Source: Mobula hypostoma | Taxonomy: Eukaryota | Direction of reading: 5' to 3' | NCBI RefSeq assembly: GCF_963921235.1 | Contig: NC_086097.1 | Span: 23,996,001-24,060,000, forward strand | Length of the DNA stretch: 64,000 nucleotides | Shown: in pieces, positions 58,444 through 64,000 of the stretch | Numbering within the stretch: position 1 is the first letter of the stretch | Layout: every line of letters starts with the position of its first letter | Made by a program: the position numbers and the translations under genes | The notes under the pieces: model-generated | What the model was told of the DNA's origin: nothing | Databases searched by the model: none | Seen by the model: the letters and a program-made list of their open reading frames with translations, nothing else

Positions 58444-60900
58444 TAAACAGGATCAATGGACAACAAACTGTACAAATGTAGATATAAATAAATAGCAATA
58501 AATAACGAGATAAAAGTCCTTAAGTGAGTGTAGTTATCCCCTTTTGTTCAAGAGCCTGATGGTTGAGGGGTAGTAACTGTACTTGCACCTGGTGGTGCGA
58601 GTTCTGAGGCTCTTCTGCCTTCTACCTGATGGCAGCAGCAAGAAAAGAGCTTACCTTTGGTGGTGAGGATCTTTGATAATGAATGCTGCTTTCCTATGGC
58701 AATGTTTCACACAGGTGTGCTGAGTGGTTGGGATGGTTTTACCTGTGATGTGCTGGACCAGATCAACTACCCTTTCTGCTCGAAGGTGTCGGTGCTCCCA
58801 TACGAGGCTGTAATGCAGCCAGTGGACAATAGAATAATAATGTCCCATCATGGGCACAACTGTTACATTGTCAAATTATACAACCAGCATCATTTTTATG
58901 AACCACTTCACTCAGAATTCATGGTTGACCTTTTCTTCCCCTTCTGGTGAATCTTGAACTATGAGTTTGCTATTTTAATTTATCCTTTACAAGACTTCCT
59001 GTGATCCACTCCAGTACTCTGGTCAGATGGACATTCCTTGCTTGAGGTAAAAGAGTTTGCCATTGACATTTTTTTTTCAGTTACACATACTAAAGATGCT
59101 GTTTGCTACTATTTATGCTTTGTACTTCAATTCTGAAATTCAGTTCCACTGAATGTTCTTGGCCAGAATTCTATGCAAAGTCCAATCCTGCTGGTATTAG
59201 TAGTCACACATTATTCTCTCTCCCTTTCTAGCCTAAAGGGTAATGGAACCATTGGGAGCATTAGAAGCAGAGTCAGAATCAGAACCTAATTTATTATCGC
59301 TGACTTAGATGACGTGAAATTTGTTGTTTCACAGAAGCAGTGCAGTGCAAAGACATAAAATGTCTATAAATTACAAAAATAAAATAAAGTGCAAGAAAGG
59401 AATAATGATGTAGTGTTCATGTGTTTGTGAGCTGTTCAGACATCTGATGGCAGAAGGGAAAAAAGCTGTTCCTAAAACATTGAGTGTGAGTCTTCAGGCT
59501 CCTCTACCACCACCCCGATGGTAACAACAAGAAGTGAGCATGCTCTGGATGGGAAGGGTTCTTGGTGATGGGTTCCTCTTGAAGATGTCCTCAATGGTGG
59601 GGATTATTGTGCCTGTGGTGGAACTGGCTGAGTCTACAGCCCTCAGCAGCTTTCACTGATCCAGTGCAGCGGCCCCTCCAATCCAGACAGTAACACAACC
59701 AGTTAGAATACTCTCCATGATACATCTAGATGAATTTGCTAAGTATTTGTGACATATCAAATCTCAAAAAAGGATCTAGAGCTTTTTGTGACATATCAAA
59801 CCTCCTCAAACTTATAACAAAGCAGAAACACTGACATGCCTTCTTCATGATTGCATCAATGTATTGGTCCCATGTTGATGCCCAGAAATTGAAGCTGCTC
59901 ACCTCTGACCCCCTTAATTACAATCGGTGTCTGTTCTCCTGACTTCCTAAAGACCACAATCAAATGGAAGCTTTTGGTGCATTGGCCTTCATAAATCGAA
60001 GTATTGAGTACAGGAGATAGGATGTTATTTTGAAGTTGTATCAGATGTTGGTGAGACCTAATTTGGAGTATTGTGTGCAGTTTTGGTCATCAACCTACAG
60101 GAAACGTAAACAAAGTTAAAGGAGTACGAAGAAAATTTACAAGGAAGTTGCTGGGTCTGGAGGACTGAGTTATACTGAAAAATTGAATAGATTAGAACTT
60201 TATTCCTTGGAACATACAAGATTGAGTCGAGATTTGACGGAGGTATACAAAATTATGAGGCATATAGATAGGGTAAATGCAAGCAGGCTTTTTCCACAAC
60301 CAGAGGTCATGGTTTAAGGGTGAAAGGTGGAAAGGTTGCGGGGAATATGAGGGCTAACTTCTTCACTCAGAGTATGAGAACGAGCTGCCAGCACGAGTGG
60401 TGCATGCAAGCTTGATTTCAATGTTTAAGTAAAGTTTGGATAGGTACATGGTTGGTAGGAGTATGGAGGGCTATGGTCCCGGTGCAGGTCAGTGGGAGCA
60501 GTTTAAATGCTTCAGCATGGACTAGATAGGCCAAAAGACCTGCTTCTGTGCTGAACTTTTCTATGACTCTGACTCTTGGCTTTGCTGATGTTAAGTGTGA
60601 AGTTCTTGTGACACTATTCAAGCAGCTGATTTATGTCACATCACCTCATCACTATTTGATTCTTTATCAACAACAGTGGTGTTGTCAGTGACTTCACTGA
60701 TGGCACTTGAACTGCGCTTAGCCGTACAGTCATTAGTATAGAGAATTTAAAGCAGTGGGCTAAGCATGCATCCTTATGGTGCGCATGCGTCGATTGTCGG
60801 CGAAGAAGATTTGTAATTACTGATCCACACTGACTGTGGTCTCCTGACAAGGAAGTCAAGAATCCACCTCTGCTCTGGCTGGGGTCACCAAATTTAACAA
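58444..60900. mobile_element. Old Rex-like (minus) and CR1 (plus, ~59970-60570) fragments
   Basis: HCHRKAAFIIKDPHH (ORF 58651..58857); CR1 3' region colinear with 44040-44670. Confidence 0.75.
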
Positions 60901-61159
60901 TGACTAGTCTGCTGATAATTGAAATGGCTTTATTACATAACAGGCTTTAAATCAAGCCGTGAGATTTATCAATGCAATGGAGAAGGGTGGAGTATGCCTG
61001 TGTGTGATTTTGTTTAATGTGGGGAGTCTGATGCATGGACAGCCACCATACGGTCCTTGACAGGTTGGGATCAGTATCCAGTGGAATGGAATGAAAGATG
61101 ATTGGGGACCCTTCACTGCTCCAGCTTCCTTCTACCCTCACTGCCACTGTAATGTGTCA

Positions 61160-61325
61160 TCGTCATCTGCCAGCTTCTCCACTGAAGTCTTGTTTAGATT
61201 GCTTTTTGTCCAGAACCTCCCCTTTGACCTTACCAACATGGGTAGACTCCAGATGGCATCACTCTAGGACTCTCAGGAACTCTCAAGCCTCATCACCATA
61301 ACAAGGTGATGATCCTCGGAGAGAT
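61160..61325 (-). mobile_element. Probable RTE-clade 5' end remnant
   Basis: Minus strand CACCTTGTTATGGTGATGAGGCTTG..CCCATGTTGGTAAGGTCAAAGGGGAGG resembles RTE/Rex3-type 5' UTRs from memory; decayed. Confidence 0.45.
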
Positions 61326-61939
61326 CAATGAAATACTTGTTTGAAATGAGTATTGTATTCATAAGTCTTATAGTTAAACTCAAACAAAATTTTTCTTTGC
61401 TGATCCAGCTTATCTGAAGTGATATTGGTCACTCATTAAAAGAAGCATTAGTCTCAGTATCCTTTGGACAGGAGATGGAGCAAATGAACTCGGGCCACTG
61501 TTCATTTAGATGCATTTAGGTTCATTAATTTACTTATTTTTACATGTAGATTGAAATGTGTCATTTGTGTTAACAACCTACACATCTAAGTATGTGCTGG
61601 TATTCTTTATTGTTGTCCAGTAACGTACACTTCAACAATAATGAGCTCATGGCCTGATCAGCTGATTCAGTGATGTTGCTTCAATGATAAGTGGTGGGTC
61701 AGGATAATGCAAAAAATTAGTCTGCCCTTCTTTGAAAGCATGCCATCAGATGCTTCACATTTACCAAAGAGGATGGCCAAAGCCTCAAAGAGGATGTCAA
61801 CCAAGAGGTGGACCTCCAATGGTGCAGTGCATCCAAAAATGACGTACTCTAACCCCATCTAAAATGTAATCTGCAAAATCCCTGCTCTTCTGACCCAGAG
61901 GGAGAAAGAGTATCCTGCTGAGCTGAAAGCTGAAAAATA

Positions 61940-62390
61940 TTGGTGTTGGTATTGGGTTATTAGAGTCACATATACCAAAATACAATGAAAAGTCTGTCTT
62001 GCAATCTGTTCACACAGACTATATTACATAGTCCGTTGAGGTAGATCAAGGTAAAACAATAACAACGCAGAACGAAGTGTAAAAGCAACAGAAAATGTGC
62101 AGTGAAGGTAAACAATAAAGAGCAAGAACATAATGAGGTTGATCATGAGGTCAATAGTCCGTCTTATTGTGCATTCAGAGGTTCATCTAGGGGTCTGATA
62201 ACAGTGAGGAAGAGGCTGCCCTTGAGCATGGTCGTACACGTTTCCTGTTTTTGTATCTTCTGCATGGTGGGAGAGGAGAGAAAAGAGGATGTCCAGTGTG
62301 GGTGGAGCCTTTGATTAGCTGGTTGCCTTAGTGCGGCAGCAGGAAGTGTATGAATGTGAGGCTGGTTTCTCTGATGTGCTGAGCTGTGTT
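61940..62390 (-). mobile_element. Rex-like 3' UTR fragment
   Basis: Colinear with 12805-13400, 20665-21180 and 38120-39100. Confidence 0.7.
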
Positions 62391-64000
62391 GAGAACGAGA
62401 CCAGAAGCCAGGAGAGGGACTCATACTTTCATCGATGAGCCCTTCTCCATGACTGTATTTGTCCTCAGGACTGCATCTCCCTGTACAAACCACTATGATC
62501 TGTAACTTGGAGCTACACAGGACATGGATGAACGAATATTCCATCAGTTTTTTGACAGGTTTCACTGCACGTGCCACGAGAGATTGCACCAGAGGGGTTC
62601 CAAACTCATCAGAGGCACAGATGTAGCATATTTGAGACACATCCTGTCTTGATTCCAACCTTACTGAACAGAAGCTTTAAAAAAATACACTGACAAATGA
62701 GATTTTTTTCATGCACTGGTAACACTGTTGTTCTGATGCAGAAATTACCACAATGAGTAGTCTCCACCTTCATTCCGTGATGTTGACAGAAAGGATGAAA
62801 AATGATAGCTGATCATCTATTTAGGCAGTTACTTCCTCAAAATAGGTGAAGCAAATTAGAAAGCTCATGGTATTTAGCATATTTAATCTTGCATGGGATT
62901 CATTTTAACTGATTTTAATGCAAATTAGACTCTCTGTTAGAAACTTCAGTGGTCTCCACGTTCAGTCAACGTCTTGTCAGATGTATTTTGGCAGTAGGTT
63001 AAATGTTATTAGCTGAATGAAATCATGTGCATTTATCAAGCGGTGCGTGCGTGGGGCCTGTTGATTCTTCTCGCGTCCATCCCTCTTCCTGAGTAGTGAG
63101 TTGTTTTATCCAGCTGTGTACTGTCATGATGGCCATAACACATCGGAATGCAATCAACAGGGTCAAGAAAAGGCCATTCAGCCTTTGTGCATGTTCTAGC
63201 CTTCGAAAGACAGTGGGTGATTTTCATCCTCAAATCCACTGTACACAAACTCCTTGATATCAAAGGATCCATCCACTCCTCTTTCCAATGTACTCAGCCG
63301 CTGAGTCTCCACAGCTTGTCAGCATAAAGGATTCCAAAAGTTTCCAATCTTCTGAATAAAAACAAAAAATCACCTCAGTCCAAAACGACTGGCATGTTAC
63401 CCTGTCATAGCACAGAGTGCGAGCTTGGAGTTCAGGACCCTGTCGTCGGCTAGCCTGAGAATCACTACGGAGGACTGAAGGCTGAAGATTAACCGGAAGT
63501 TCAGAAGTTGAAGCCTAATGGCCAAAGTATGGAGACTGAAGACTGGAGGGCTAATGTTGGCGGATTGCGTGTGGATGAGTGGGAGGGAGAAAAGGCGCAT
63601 GTTATGTTGTTGCTTATTTTTTGCTTGTTGTGTTCTGCTTATTGTAACTTGTGTTGTTTTGCCGAGCATTGTGGGCATGCTATGTTAGTGCCAGAATGTG
63701 TGGCAACACTTGCTGGCTGCCCCAGCACATCCTTAGGTATGTTGGTTGATCTGAATCTGACACTGTGATCCTCTCAACTCTACAAGCAGGAGAGCAACCT
63801 CTTGACATATGCCCCATCAGGTCATTTAAGAATTTAATATTTCCTCTTCCCTTGCCTGGTAGACTGAAACATTTCTTATTGGACTATTCTCCTATTTCAG
63901 AAATTAATCTAACCCTGATACTGTAGTCCTCTCAGTCAGGCTGGCTTGATGTTTATCTCATCAAGCCCTCAATAATTTTATGTTTCCTTGTCTTCCAAAC

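Noticed and set aside
62164..62658. 164-aa minus-strand ORF
   Set aside because: No recognisable domain; its C-terminal half runs into a Rex-like 3' fragment.
1..64000. CRISPR array, operon or prokaryotic defence system; host gene exons
   Set aside because: No regularly spaced repeats; the DNA is vertebrate-like and all recognisable ORFs are transposon-derived. Small exons cannot be excluded without RNA-seq.

Overview
Eukaryotic (vertebrate) genomic DNA, most likely a cartilaginous fish such as a ray; this is inferred from its repeat repertoire of HE1/V-SINE-like elements, abundant CR1, Rex1/Babar-like LINEs and Penelope-like elements. I see no host protein-coding gene, rRNA, real tRNA or CRISPR. 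Most of the window is nested transposon debris: many CR1 fragments (one young 5'-truncated copy with an open 398-aa RT frame, one near-full-length decayed copy with esterase ORF1), Rex1/Babar-like LINEs, a Gypsy integrase plus LTR, two solo LTRs, a rearranged Tc1, and tRNA-derived SINEs. Unique AT-rich islands between the repeats look like conserved enhancers of an intron or gene desert. The most interesting signal is a Penelope-like family carrying a minimal hammerhead-ribozyme motif. It gives rise to tiny non-coding, TSD-flanked units (two independent 95-bp copies with identical ends) and fold-back palindromes whose breakpoints cluster at the ribozyme. Also notable are two SINEs with the same tRNA/CORE head but tails from apparently different LINE partners. 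Family names come from motif recognition, not from database searches, and boundaries of old repeats are approximate.
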